Shown here: one piece after another, positions 22,355 to 33,371 of the stretch | How the letters are laid out: each line of letters begins with the position of its first letter | Position numbering within the stretch: the first letter of the stretch is position 1 | Notes under the pieces: model-generated | Database searches by the model: none | Told to the model about the DNA's origin: nothing | Seen by the model: the letters and a program-made list of their open reading frames with translations, nothing else | NCBI GenBank assembly: GCA_032718475.1 | Contig: JAUCBJ010004237.1 | Location: 608-64,607, forward strand | Length of the DNA: 64,000 bases | Direction: 5' to 3' | Source of the DNA: Nemertoderma westbladi | Taxonomy: Eukaryota > Animalia > Xenacoelomorpha | Program-made: the position numbers and the translations under genes

Positions 22355-23139
22355 TATAGAAACAATGTGATCCAGTCTCCTATCAAAAATGAAACCTAAC
22401 TACAAATAAACACTTTAATAACTGCAGGAATAACTATCCTATATATTAGAAAATACAGGACATTTAGTCCGCCGAAAGGGGTAAGTCTACATACTAAATT
22501 TTATAAAAATAAAGGGTTTCAGGATTTAAACACTGTACCCGGGGAAACACAGCTCCATCATCAGCAGTGTACTGTGAGTCCCTACCCTATCTAAATACGG
22601 CACAGTACCAATTGACCAATATAATACAGGAAATGAAACCAAATACTGAAATAGAGAAATAAACAAATCAGACCGGTAGTAAATAGATGAAACCCAAAAA
22701 CTGATACCACTAAAGGCTAAATAAAATACATGAAACCAAAATAAGAATGAACCCAAATGAGAATAGTGCCCAAATAGTGAACTACTACTATATCTAACCT
22801 GCATAACAAATAAATCCATAATGGCTGTATTGCACAGTCTAATAATAGATATGTTATATAATGGTATGAATACAGCAGTAAATAACAACCCCAAGACCAT
22901 ACAGACACCCCCCCCCCCAAAGCACTGATAGAATAATGATACCCAATAGAAACTCCCAGAACTAGAGTAACGGAAGCAACTAGCTTTCAATAGGCTACAA
23001 GAGGCATACTGCACAAGAAATATATAAGAAACAATATGGGTACAGTACAACATGACTGGCGAAATATATATATAGAAACAATGTGATCCAGTCTCCTATC
23101 AAAAATGAAACCTAACTACAAATAAACACTTTAATAACT
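22355..23139. mobile_element. Unclassified non-coding element with 69-bp terminal direct repeats, embedded in (TA)n
   Basis: TATAGAAACAATGTG...TTTAATAACT at 22355-22423 and 23071-23139. Confidence 0.55.
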
Positions 23140-23292
23140 AATATATATATATATAATTAAATCAAGTAATAGGAACGAATGCTTTTTCAAACAACCATGT
23201 TCAGCAGGATCTGGTCTCTCAAATATAGTATAGTGTAGAAAAAATATAGCATTAGCAATATAGCAATATATCAAGCAATAAAAATAAAATGT

Positions 23293-23331
23293 ATACGATA
23301 TTTCGAGTCAGCGTGACTCTTATTCATGTAT
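23293..23331 (-). ncRNA. Minimal hammerhead ribozyme-like motif (A3:U8 variant)
   Basis: Minus strand reads ATAC-ATGAATA-A-GAGTCA-CGC-TGACTC-GAAA-TA-TC-GTAT, about 90 nt downstream of a Penelope GIY-YIG stop codon. Confidence 0.6.
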
Positions 23332-23419
23332 TATTCTTAAATTCAAATGAATTTTCTAGAACAAATAAATAATTGAAATACTGTATAAATACCATAGGTA
23401 ACAACATAAATATAAAGTT

Positions 23420-23690
23420 TTAATCTTCTTGAAGAAAACCTGTGTAGCCATGTAAATTTGCGGTTGCTTCATTAATTGTGTTTATTCCGTATGGTTCTAA
23501 GGTCTGCAGTGAGCACTGGTAGTAACCCTCCCTCTTTCTCATTTGGATTTTGAGTTCTTTTCCCTTGTATCCCTTAATACTATCTATTGGTGTTATATGA
23601 AAATCTTCCCATGAATGTCCGTTGCTTGTAAAATGTTGATCAACCTTACATGTCTGCTTGTCCCAGTTACTCTTGTTCTTACACTGATGC
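23420..23690 (-). pseudogene. Penelope-like GIY-YIG C-terminal fragment (second family)
   Basis: KVDQHFTSNGHSWEDFHITPID...MRKREGYYQCSLQTLEPYGIN. Confidence 0.85.
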
Positions 23691-23724
23691 CTATGGAGTT
23701 CGCAAAATAGACACCATTGCAGAT

Positions 23725-24035
23725 CCATCTGCTATTTCCCCAGATGAATTTGGAAGATATAGGGATGACATTTTAGTTTTATATTTACATGATATAGATT
23801 TAAAATTAAAACGATTAGTTGAGGATTTAAATGATCAAGTAAAGCCAAGACAAATTAAATTCGTTACTGAACAGATGGGGAGAGAAGTTAATTTTTTGGA
23901 CCTCAAAATTTTCATTGACGCCCATGGAACCATTCAAACTGATATTTTTTTCAAACCTATGGACGTACATCAGTAATGGATAGGACTTTGTCTCACCCAC
24001 CATCTCAGATCAAGTATGTACCGTATGGTGTAGCT
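23725..24035 (+). pseudogene. Penelope-like RT fragment
   Basis: RYRDDI...IKFVTE...VNFLDL...TDIFFKPMD...SHP...KYVPYG, with a stop at 23974. Confidence 0.85.
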
Positions 24036-24064
24036 ATGTATGTATGTATAGTGATGAGCTATGT

Positions 24065-26026
24065 ATGGTGATGAAGTGTCGAAATGACCTCTACAAGGCG
24101 CAGAAAGAGTCCCGACTCAAACAGACTACAGCGGCCAAGAATGTAGTTAAGGCTGCATCTAGGTCCCTGAACAGGCAGTACTCTGTTAATTTACAGGAGC
24201 TAATAAACCAACAGGTTGATACCATCAATGATGCTGACGACAGCAGGCTATCATCCCAGGCATGGAGATCGATCAACTTGCTTGCTGGTCGAAAAAGCCA
24301 ACCAACCACCAAGGTTAAGGCTGAATCACCAGCCGATCACCTCAATGGTTGGAAGGCCCACTTCGAAAAGCTCCTCAATAATGACAGGGTATTGCCTGAT
24401 AACTTTATAGAAGTAAAAGTTTCTGAGTCTGTACTCCCAGATATTCCCATTGGTGATATCTCCTTTGCAGAAGTGAAGGCTGCTGCAAAGAGCATTAAGA
24501 CCAATCGTGCCAGTGGAGTAGATGGTGTTCCCCCTGAGGTCTTTAAAATACGTGAGTGTTTAAAGCTCATCTATCCTATCATAGTTGACATGTACCGAAC
24601 AACAAGAGTCCCACAAGAAATGAAAACAAATAAGTTGGTGCCAGTTCCCAAGAAGGGTAACCTAACACTCAATGGTTCTTTTCGGGGAATCTCATTGATC
24701 TCGATTGCTGCAAAGCTATACAATAGAATTCTATTAAATCGCATCAGGGATCCCATTGAGAGACTGCTCCGTGGAAATCAGAATGGGTTCTGTAAAGGTC
24801 GTGGGACCATGGAGCCTATTTTGGCACTTAGAAGGATAATTGAAGAGTTATCAAAAAAGAAAGACAGGCATCTGGCTGTTATCTTTGTTGACTTCTTCAA
24901 GGCCTTTGATTCAGTCTCTCGCTCACGTATGTTCAGCATACTTTCATTATATGGGATTCCTGATGAAATTATTGCAGCAATCAGATCAGTATACGATGGT
25001 TCGACAACATTTGTGTCTACGTTGACGGTGACACAGAACCATTTGAAGTGTTATGGGGCATCCTCCAGGGAGACACACTTGCACCATTCTTGTTCATAAT
25101 TGTTGTTGACTATGTTCTACGCATGTCCTTAGATCATCATAATGATGATGGGGTGATGATAACTCCACCTACTGGCTCCAGAAGTCGAGGAAATCCTGCC
25201 AAGTACCTAACTGATCTAGACTTTGCTGATGACTTAGGAGTAATCTCAGAATCACTAGAGGGAGCCCAACGGTTCATTAGAACATGCTGCTTCTAGTGTT
25301 GGTCTTTTTATTAACTCCAGAAAGACCACAATTTTGACAGTAAACTTTGAAAGTCCTCAGCAAGTCTCTGATCGAATGAGCATAAGCTCAAAAGATGGTA
25401 TGCTTGAGCATGTGGATGACTTCTGTTACCTGGGATCATGGATCCGGAAGTCAGGCGAGGACCTTCAAATACGTAAGGGAAAGGCATGGGCAGCCTTGAA
25501 TAGGCATTCCAGGATTTGGAAGTCACCGAGAATTAATCGGACACTTAAGGTCCGATTATTTAGAGCAGCAGTAGTTCCAGTACTCCTCTATGGGAGTCCA
25601 TGCTGGGCTCTAACTGCTGAGGACACCAAATCTCTGGATGGCACTTTCACATGAATGCTGCGCTGGGTTCATTGTGTCAAGTACAATGCACACATCTCCA
25701 ACCAGACACTATATAACATTGGAGGTGTCTCATTGGTTCCCCCAAGCTTGACACTAGAACAAAATCGCCTCCGCTTTGCAGGACATTGCTTTCGCTGTGA
25801 GGACCAGCCAGTGCATAATCTTGTACTTTGGCAGCCTCATGGAGTGAATAAGCATGGTGGGCAGCCCATGACTTTCTTGAGACGCATCTTAAAGGACACT
25901 GGCCTTGAAGATGCGGATGATCTAGCAAATGTCATGGGTGATAGGGAGTTGTGGCAGTGCAATTTTGTCGATAAGCCGGCACAGCTTAAAAATGCAGCTG
26001 CAATGCAGCATGCCGTTCCTAGTAGT
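24065..26026 (+). mobile_element. 5'-truncated RTE-like LINE (RT domain, frameshifted) with a (TAG)n tail
   Basis: ASGVDGVPPE, PVPKKG, FRGISL, QNGF, FVDFFKAFDS, ILQGDTLAP, DFADD, FCYLGS, LLYGS, LRFAGH. Lesions near 25030, 25290 and 25652. Confidence 0.9.
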
Positions 26027-26395
26027 GGAGGCTAGACAGGATACCAATTAGCCTTCCCCAGTTTCCAGCAGCTGATGTTCATATACTAATACCAGTCTGC
26101 AATCTGTATATAAGTTAGTTTGTGAGCCATTTAATATTGAGATAAAATTCAATGTTTGTTTTAAAACTTAATATAATAGAAAGTTTGTAAATTCCAGTAA
26201 AATATTTCATATATATAATACAGCAATATATATAGTTATGTTATTATTAATCAGTTTTTTCTATGTATATATAACATCATAATAAATAATTCAAATGTTT
26301 CTAACACTAAACTAAACGAAGTTCTATGTAGTTAAAGTAATATTTAATATAAGGATTATTATCTAACCAATCTAATCCTAATATGCTTAGGTCTA

Positions 26396-26987
26396 TTATA
26401 AAGTAAACTGAGATATTAAATGTATAAATTTTGGTAAAGTTAAACTAAAATTTGAAGGTGAGGTCATCCAGGTCATATTACCACTTGCAAATACACAAAA
26501 GGTTATTGCTTTATCAAAACGCACTAATATATTACAAAATATTTCTGGCTCATGGAATATTTGTATATGTGTATTATTTTCTATATGGAAGCCAACCTGA
26601 TATGCAAATTTTGTAAAATTAATTTTATATTTGAATACATATGTATGAGAATTTATACAGTATACCTCTAATTCCATTTTAGTTATTAATTTGATATAGT
26701 TTAATACCTTATCAATGGCCTTATCAATATATTTACAATGGCCTAATATTGTTACTTTTCCACCAGCAAAAAATAAAACAGTATATTCATATATTTTAAA
26801 TATAAATTGAATTGGTTTCTGATGTAGAACACCTTTAGATGGTTATTAAGTTTGTTTAAATTAATTAGTTGTTTTATTTTTGGTCTACAACTTATATTAC
26901 TATTTATATTGTATAATTTGGTATAGCTGTAGGAATCATAGATTCCAATTTACTAAAAGTAGGTTCATCTAATTCAGAATCAGACAT
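26396..26987 (-). pseudogene. TATA-binding-protein (TBP)-fold gene, two frameshifts
   Basis: Repeat 1: NISCRPKIKQLINLNKL...KPIQFIFKIYEYTVLFFAGGKVTILG. Repeat 2: SHTYVFKYKINFTKF...HEPEIFCNILVRFDKAITFCVFASGNMTWMT. Compare TBP TALIFSSGKMVCTG and YEPELFPGLIYR...LIFVSGKVVLTG. Confidence 0.65.
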
Positions 26988-26994
26988 AATTAAA

Positions 26995-29900
26995 CTATAT
27001 TAATACTGGTTGATGATATTGATGAGGAATTGGTCGAGTTACTCCTGTTTTATAATGTCCAAATGGCAAGGAAGTGTTACCATCATGCCACCAACGTTTA
27101 TCATCAAACAAATTTAATGATCTCTTTATTTCTCTGAGGATCTATAATTGGTGTAGCTTGGATCCTATTTTACGACTTTCTTCATAGAGCTGAGTGGTCT
27201 CCCTATAACTAGTTAAGTATGAATTATGAGTTAACTTTTTATTTATTACTGGTCTTGTAACTCCCTTAGCTGCTTTTTTATCCTCACCACCCTTAAAACT
27301 ATATGCTTTAGGCTTTAATAGGACCCATTCGGTATATTCCATTCCCTTGTTTTCATCTTTTACCATATTAAGGTCACCTTTATTTAAAGTACAGTATAGA
27401 GGATGATTACTGTCATAGAAGTATCTAATATCTTGCGATCTTTCATCGCCTTCAAAAATTTAAGATGTGAAATTCCCTTAATAATTATAAAGAAAGAGTC
27501 TGTGTCACCACATGCTATCTGTAATGTACAGTTTAGTTCTTTTTCTAATGGTTTCAGTTTGTCATACAACAATGAATACATACTTAGTTTCGATAATGAC
27601 AGTACAGCTTCTCCAATATATATTTGTTTATTCAAAGTAATCTTTGTTTTAGATAAGGTGTGCCCACTTAGAGAGTCTGTATATATATCAAAGTGCTTAT
27701 GGTTTGGCTTTGCTAAAATCTGCTCACATTGATATTTATTATTGCATAATCTAAAGTTCAAACGGTTCCTCAGGTTCTCCATTGTCTTACCAAATAATAA
27801 ATTATTTAATAGTTTATAAAAGTCTTTTTCAAATTTATTTTTGGCATTTTTACGTTTATCAATATTGAAATATATATAATCACGAAATATATGACCTTGC
27901 TTGAATTTATATAATCTGTGAATTTTTGTAACTTTCATTCCATGACATAAATAAAACTTAAGCAGTTCTAAATGGAGACCATATGCAACCTTATTAAACT
28001 GATTAAGCAAAAGTTTTTCTGTAGAGTGGTATTTCTTAGCCTGGGAATTTGTTTCTGTAGATGTTGAGGTTTTATTGTGTTGATTCCATAGTTTTTTTTT
28101 TTGATAATCACTCAAAAATTGTTCACATGGTTGTAATTTTTCAGGACAAAATGGTAAGTCTGCAGACATGCAAGTCATGTATGTGATCAGGATGATCTAA
28201 GTCTAACTGCTAGGTATCCAATTTCACAAGAAGTGTCTAAACCCATTAAATCAATAGTATCAATATTAGTCATTTGTATGTAGTCAGAGCAAGGAAGCTT
28301 TTCTGCTAAACACCCAGCATAATAAATACTTAAACATTCAACATTTAATAAATGACACTCTGGTACTGAAGTCTTATAATTGTCAGTGCCAGTTATGTTT
28401 GCCTCTATATAATGTGTATTTATATATGTCATCCTACCATGTATGGCCTTCTCTATATCGTCATATATATCATGCTTGCTTAAGAGATGTAATTTTGTGT
28501 TTGTGAACTTTAATTCTGCATCCCAAGTCATGGAGGAAGCTGTTGTTAGGAAGTGGGCTGGATCTAAACCATAGTTATTAAAACAAAGTTGGCGAAAATT
28601 TTAAAAAATGAAAAATGTCAGCTAGTAAACAAGTATGAAGGTGCAAGTATGCTATTAAATAGTCAAATAATGTATTACAACTAAACATTGACCAAGATTT
28701 CTATGCCCTATTATAATCTTCAGGTTCACAGTGACTTAACATTAATTTACTATAGAATTGTTCGATAGGTGGAAGGTGTGTCTGATCTAGTTTGTCAAGA
28801 CTAGTTATAGCCTCATATGGGAAGACTCCCTTGCTCTTTAGTATATCATCTGATACTGTAGGGTATAATGTTCTATGTGTTGAACTGTATGAGGAAGACT
28901 TAGAATCAAGTTAGTTATATCATCTGTCAAGAAAGAAGCAAGTTGACCTAAAGAATGGGCCATAAAATTAAAGCTGTCTATAATTTGTATATATATTTTA
29001 TTGATGTTGGTGTTTGGTTCATTAATTTTGTATGGAATTGTACCTTTTATAGTTATTTACTTTTCAGTAGTTTGTGCAATTGTCTCTATTTTCCAGTCTG
29101 AATGTTGATTATTTGTAAATGCTTGAGTTAGTATAAGATGACTGTCGATGCCCTTAAAGTTATGAAATACAACTGCCATATGATTTATTTTTAAATTAAT
29201 TTTCTATTGCATTTATGACAAGCAAAAAAAGCAAAAAAAGCATTTCAGCCCTACTTACTTAATACAATTTTATTCTTTGTGTTTTCTAGTGACCAAGTAT
29301 AAAGTTCCCTGAAATGATTTTCTAGAGATGTAAGAAAGTCATCTATACAGTTAGTTGTAGATGTTTGTTTGAAGGTAGCTAAGGATTGTTGAGGAGGGCC
29401 AACTAATTCTTTGTATGGGATAGTAAGGTAGCTGTAGCAAGCAGCAGATGGTTGCAATACATTAGTATATTTAACATGATCATTTGGTTTAATTACACAT
29501 TCGAAGTCAGCATAATGTAATTAATGGCAATGGGATTGTTCTATCAAATCTTGTAAATTTTACATTTAGCTGAGCTCCAGTTGGCATTGATGTAGCCAGC
29601 CGGTGGTTTTAATTGGTAACAACGTATTCTGTGTTCTTCAAGGGCATTGCTAGTATAGAAACCACGGAGACACCTTTCACATCTCTTGCAATGTGTATCA
29701 CTTCCATCCCCTGTCATACTGTTCAACAGTCTATCTTTATTGCTTGCTTATGGCATAATAGTGCCTATAATAGTAATAGTACATAATAGTATTAGTGCCC
29801 ATAATAATGCATAATAGTTGCTCACTTCTTTTTTTCTATGAATAATAAGTTCAGTAGTTCTTTTCCTTCTATCTTTTTACCTTCAGGCTGTCGTCATATT

Positions 29901-32126
29901 TCTACTTTATTTTCAGTGTTATACAGTAGTAAATTTATAGCTACGTTTTTGTTTTTTCTTTCAAATCTGTCAATATCATCTTTACAGTTAGTTGGAAATC
30001 CTACGTCACTAAAATCAAAGTAATTTTCCCATTGATTGTACAAACTCTTTCTATTATAATTAATTGGTATTTGTTTATGAAATTTGGCACAAATACAAGC
30101 ATCTCTAAAACATTCAGATTGGTTTCCACCTTCTATATTAATTATACAGTGTTTGTCTCTCTGTGTTTTAGGGATAAATGCCCCTTTTTTTTTAATTTTA
30201 TTTTTTAAATGACCCTTTAAATATATGTCTCTACTATAGCTAGCTACCCTTACTTCAATATTTGATACCCCTAGTATATACCAGCCAGAACCACGAGTAA
30301 TAAAATTTGCAACCTATTCTAAAATATAAGCTAGGCTATCTCCAAACCAGTAGTTAAATTCTGATTCGCTTTTAATTATATTATCACTATTTCCTCTAGA
30401 ATTAAAAATAAATATAGCCCCATCCCTATTTCCATCACCATCCTCCCTATCCATATCTACATACTGATAATGTCATCCTAATAAATCTGTGTGGTTCTAT
30501 CGTATCTATATCATGCATGTTAATATTATTTGATATTTCAAAAATATTACATACATTGTTTTCATTTTGTTGCAGAATCCCCTCAATGTCTGGGTTGTTC
30601 CCATTTATCTCACATCTAAAGTACTTTAGACACCCATCATGACAGTTTCGCCTCTCGATAAATGTATCTTCACCTTCGTGATCATTAATGTCAAGTTGTG
30701 GCAGTGAATGTGGCGGCAAAGATGACAATGGCATCTGATGCTGATATGGTAGAGGTAGTGGCGATTGTGGTGGTGGTGGTGGAATCAGAGGTGATGGTAG
30801 CAGAACTGGTGACTGTGACAGAGGAAGTGGAGGTGGTGGTGCTGTCCTCAGTGGAGAAGTTGGTAGAGATAGCGTAGGTAATGGTTGTGGCATCAGCAGT
30901 GGCATTGTTGATGGGGGTAAAGTAGTAGTAGGTGACGATATCTGAGCAAGTAGTGGTGATGCTGGTGCAAGTAATGCTGGTAAAGGTGATATAGGAAGTT
31001 GAAGTTGTAAGCTTGACTTCAGCAATGGAGATGGTGATCTAGAGCTTGGTTGTAACAAAAACTGAGAAGATGAGATAGGAATGGCCACTTGAGGCTGATC
31101 TATTGAAGCTGTAGCAAACTGTACTGGTGGCCTACTGATCAGATCAAATTGTGTAGTCATTGGTGGAGGTGGTATACTATACGGGATTGGTGGTATACTG
31201 ATTGGTGGCGGGATAGTGTATTGAACTGATGGTATATCCATGGTATCCAGGGTTGAAATATTACTAGGACTACTACTACTACTAGGATCGGCATGCTGCA
31301 TTGCAGCTGCATTTTTAAGAATGCTGTGCCGGCTCATCGACAAAATTGCACCGCCACAACTCCCTATCACCCATGACATTTGCTAGATCATCCGCATCTT
31401 CAAGGCCAGTGTCCTTTAAGATGCGTCTCAAGAAAGTCATGGGCTGTCCACCATGCTTATTCGCTCCATGAGGCTGCCAAAGTACAATATTATGCACTGG
31501 CTGGTCCTCATGGCGAAAGCAATGTCCTGCAAAGCGAAGGCGATTTTGTTCCAGTGTCAAGTTTGGGGGAACCAATGAGACACCTCCAATGTTATATAGT
31601 TCTGGTTGGAGATGTGAGCATTGTACTTGATACAATGAACCCGGCGTAGCATTCTTGTGAATGTGCCATCCAGAGATTTGGTGTCCTCAGCAGTTAGAGC
31701 CCAGCATGGACTCCCATAGAGGAGTACTGGAACTACTGCTGCTCTAAATAATCGGACCTTAAGTTTCCGATTAATTCTCGGGGACTTCCAAATCCTGGAA
31801 AGCCTATTCAAGGCTGCCCATGCCTTTCCCTTACGTATTCGAAGGTCCTCACCTGACTTCCGGATCCATGAGGTCAGGTGGACTACTAGGTTACTAGGAC
31901 TAGTTGATGGTTTAAAATGCTTGGAAGGGGGAGAATGGTCTGGATTGGATATTATTTGTTTGTCGCAATAGTGATGTAGGTAGTTGTCTAGCATTAACAT
32001 GTTCAAACAAGTTGGGCATTGTTGTGTAGAGGATGTTTCTCGGAAATGCTGTGTGCACAAGTGGCGGGGGTAATTTTTCTTTAAAGTAGTTATGGGGCAG
32101 AAGGCGCATTGAGATTGTCGATTCAT
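26995..32126 (-). pseudogene. Polinton/Maverick/adintovirus-type protein-primed family B DNA polymerase, heavily decayed and interrupted by a LINE
   Basis: Motifs in order: RGSGW, INIE...CF, GFP...FE, CERCL...H...C, ADFEC, FHNFKGIDSH, IDSFNFM, KGVFPYE, YGLDPAHF, FYKLLNNLLFGKTMEN, GDTDS, KDE...KPKAYS, KAAKGV, DDKR...PFGHY. Confidence 0.9.
31273..31890 (-). mobile_element. 5'-truncated RTE-like LINE, same family as 24065-26026
   Basis: High identity to about 25436-26025. (TAG)n tail. 12-bp TSD TTACTAGGACTA at 31261-31272 and 31891-31902. Removing it restores KPSTSPSN|ISTLDTMD in frame. Confidence 0.93.
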
Positions 32127-32702
32127 TTCTAAAAAAAATAGAAATGCACATAAAATATTATGTTGCTCGCAAGAATTTTTTTATTTCTATTAGACAAACC
32201 TTCAATATAACTGTATGACATCATAATATATGAAATGGAGTAAGGGAAAGGCGAGAAACAAACTGACAAAGGTATGTAAATCTTTAGCTGTCAGTATATT
32301 CTTGAATGGAATTTTGTTAGAAGTGGACTCCTTCCATTCAAAGTTTCAGAGCTTTAACATTAGGCAATGCTTGCAGTATTTGGTTCGTTCTAAAAACAGA
32401 TTTCATGTGTGAGCATAGTTCCCCATAATGTGTTACTTATATTACTATATTACTATTATTATTACTATTATTTATATGACACTTACTTGAATTATTAACA
32501 AATGTTTCATTAAATTTTTGTTCAGAATAATATAGATCTCTCTTTTTCTTCAGTATTTATCTTCTTCTTCTTCTTCTAATCCCTTGAATGATTGATTTTA
32601 TCAAAACGCGTAAAGATTAGTTATCAATGAAAGCTTAATGATACTATAATAATAATAATAATAATGGTATCGGATAAATACAATTATGTTCGAAATTTAT
32701 TA

Positions 32703-32899
32703 ATAGAAATGTTTTTAATATTTGGAGCTCAATAAGGCAAATATATTTCGATTTATATTAAAATCATTATCAATAATAAGCACTATAGGTAGGTTGTAAG
32801 TATGTTATGAAATTGTTATAATTACTTGGTATTTCTAGCAAACTGCGATATACTAACTGTACCGTACATTATACAACATCTGTATGTGCTGATATGCAC
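32703..32899 (-). repeat. Inverted repeat arm (Penelope pLTR-like), partner at about 37851-38047
   Basis: About 197-bp reverse-complement match. Contains a hammerhead-like core TTGA(C/T)AA-T-GATTT...AAATC-GAAA-TA-TA. Confidence 0.8.
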
Positions 32900-32907
32900 C
32901 AATTGTA

Positions 32908-33254
32908 TTATTACCCATTAACCAATCAAGGCCCACCACTCTGTCACCCCTATTATTACCTCACTGTATTTCTACAGCTTACCGAGCTCAACATTACTCA
33001 TTCACTATAGTTGATCTCATTTCTGCAGTTTCCCAAATGGAAACTCCCCCTATTAACACTCTTTATTACATTGTATTCTTGACTCTTACGATATTTTTAC
33101 GTTTATATTATTAGATCTCTTATTATGTATTCATGTTCTTGTATTTCCGTATATCTTATTACCCCTTACCGCTTATAATCCTATATTATTATCTTATATA
33201 TTGTCTATAATAAATACGCTCCTAATTGCCAATCAAATAAACAAATTATTCTTC
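32908..33254 (+). repeat. Partial duplicate of the solo LTR at 37308-37808
   Basis: Direct repeat of about 37455-37800 with few substitutions. Confidence 0.9.
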
Positions 33255-33371
33255 ATGGGATGTAACCGTGTAAACTGGGTGAAATCCATCTATAGTTGAA
33301 CATATTACAATCACATAGATCATCTTATTGTTTTATACACAAGAGCATATCAATCGCTCTTACAATCGCTC

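Noticed and set aside
22510-22600. Canonical hammerhead (CTGATGA...GAAA) on the minus strand
   Set aside because: Stems I and III cannot be formed convincingly, so it is not annotated as a ribozyme.
30447-31379. Host proline-rich (extensin/formin-like) gene
   Set aside because: It is a chimera of a LINE tail and the pPolB N-terminal region.
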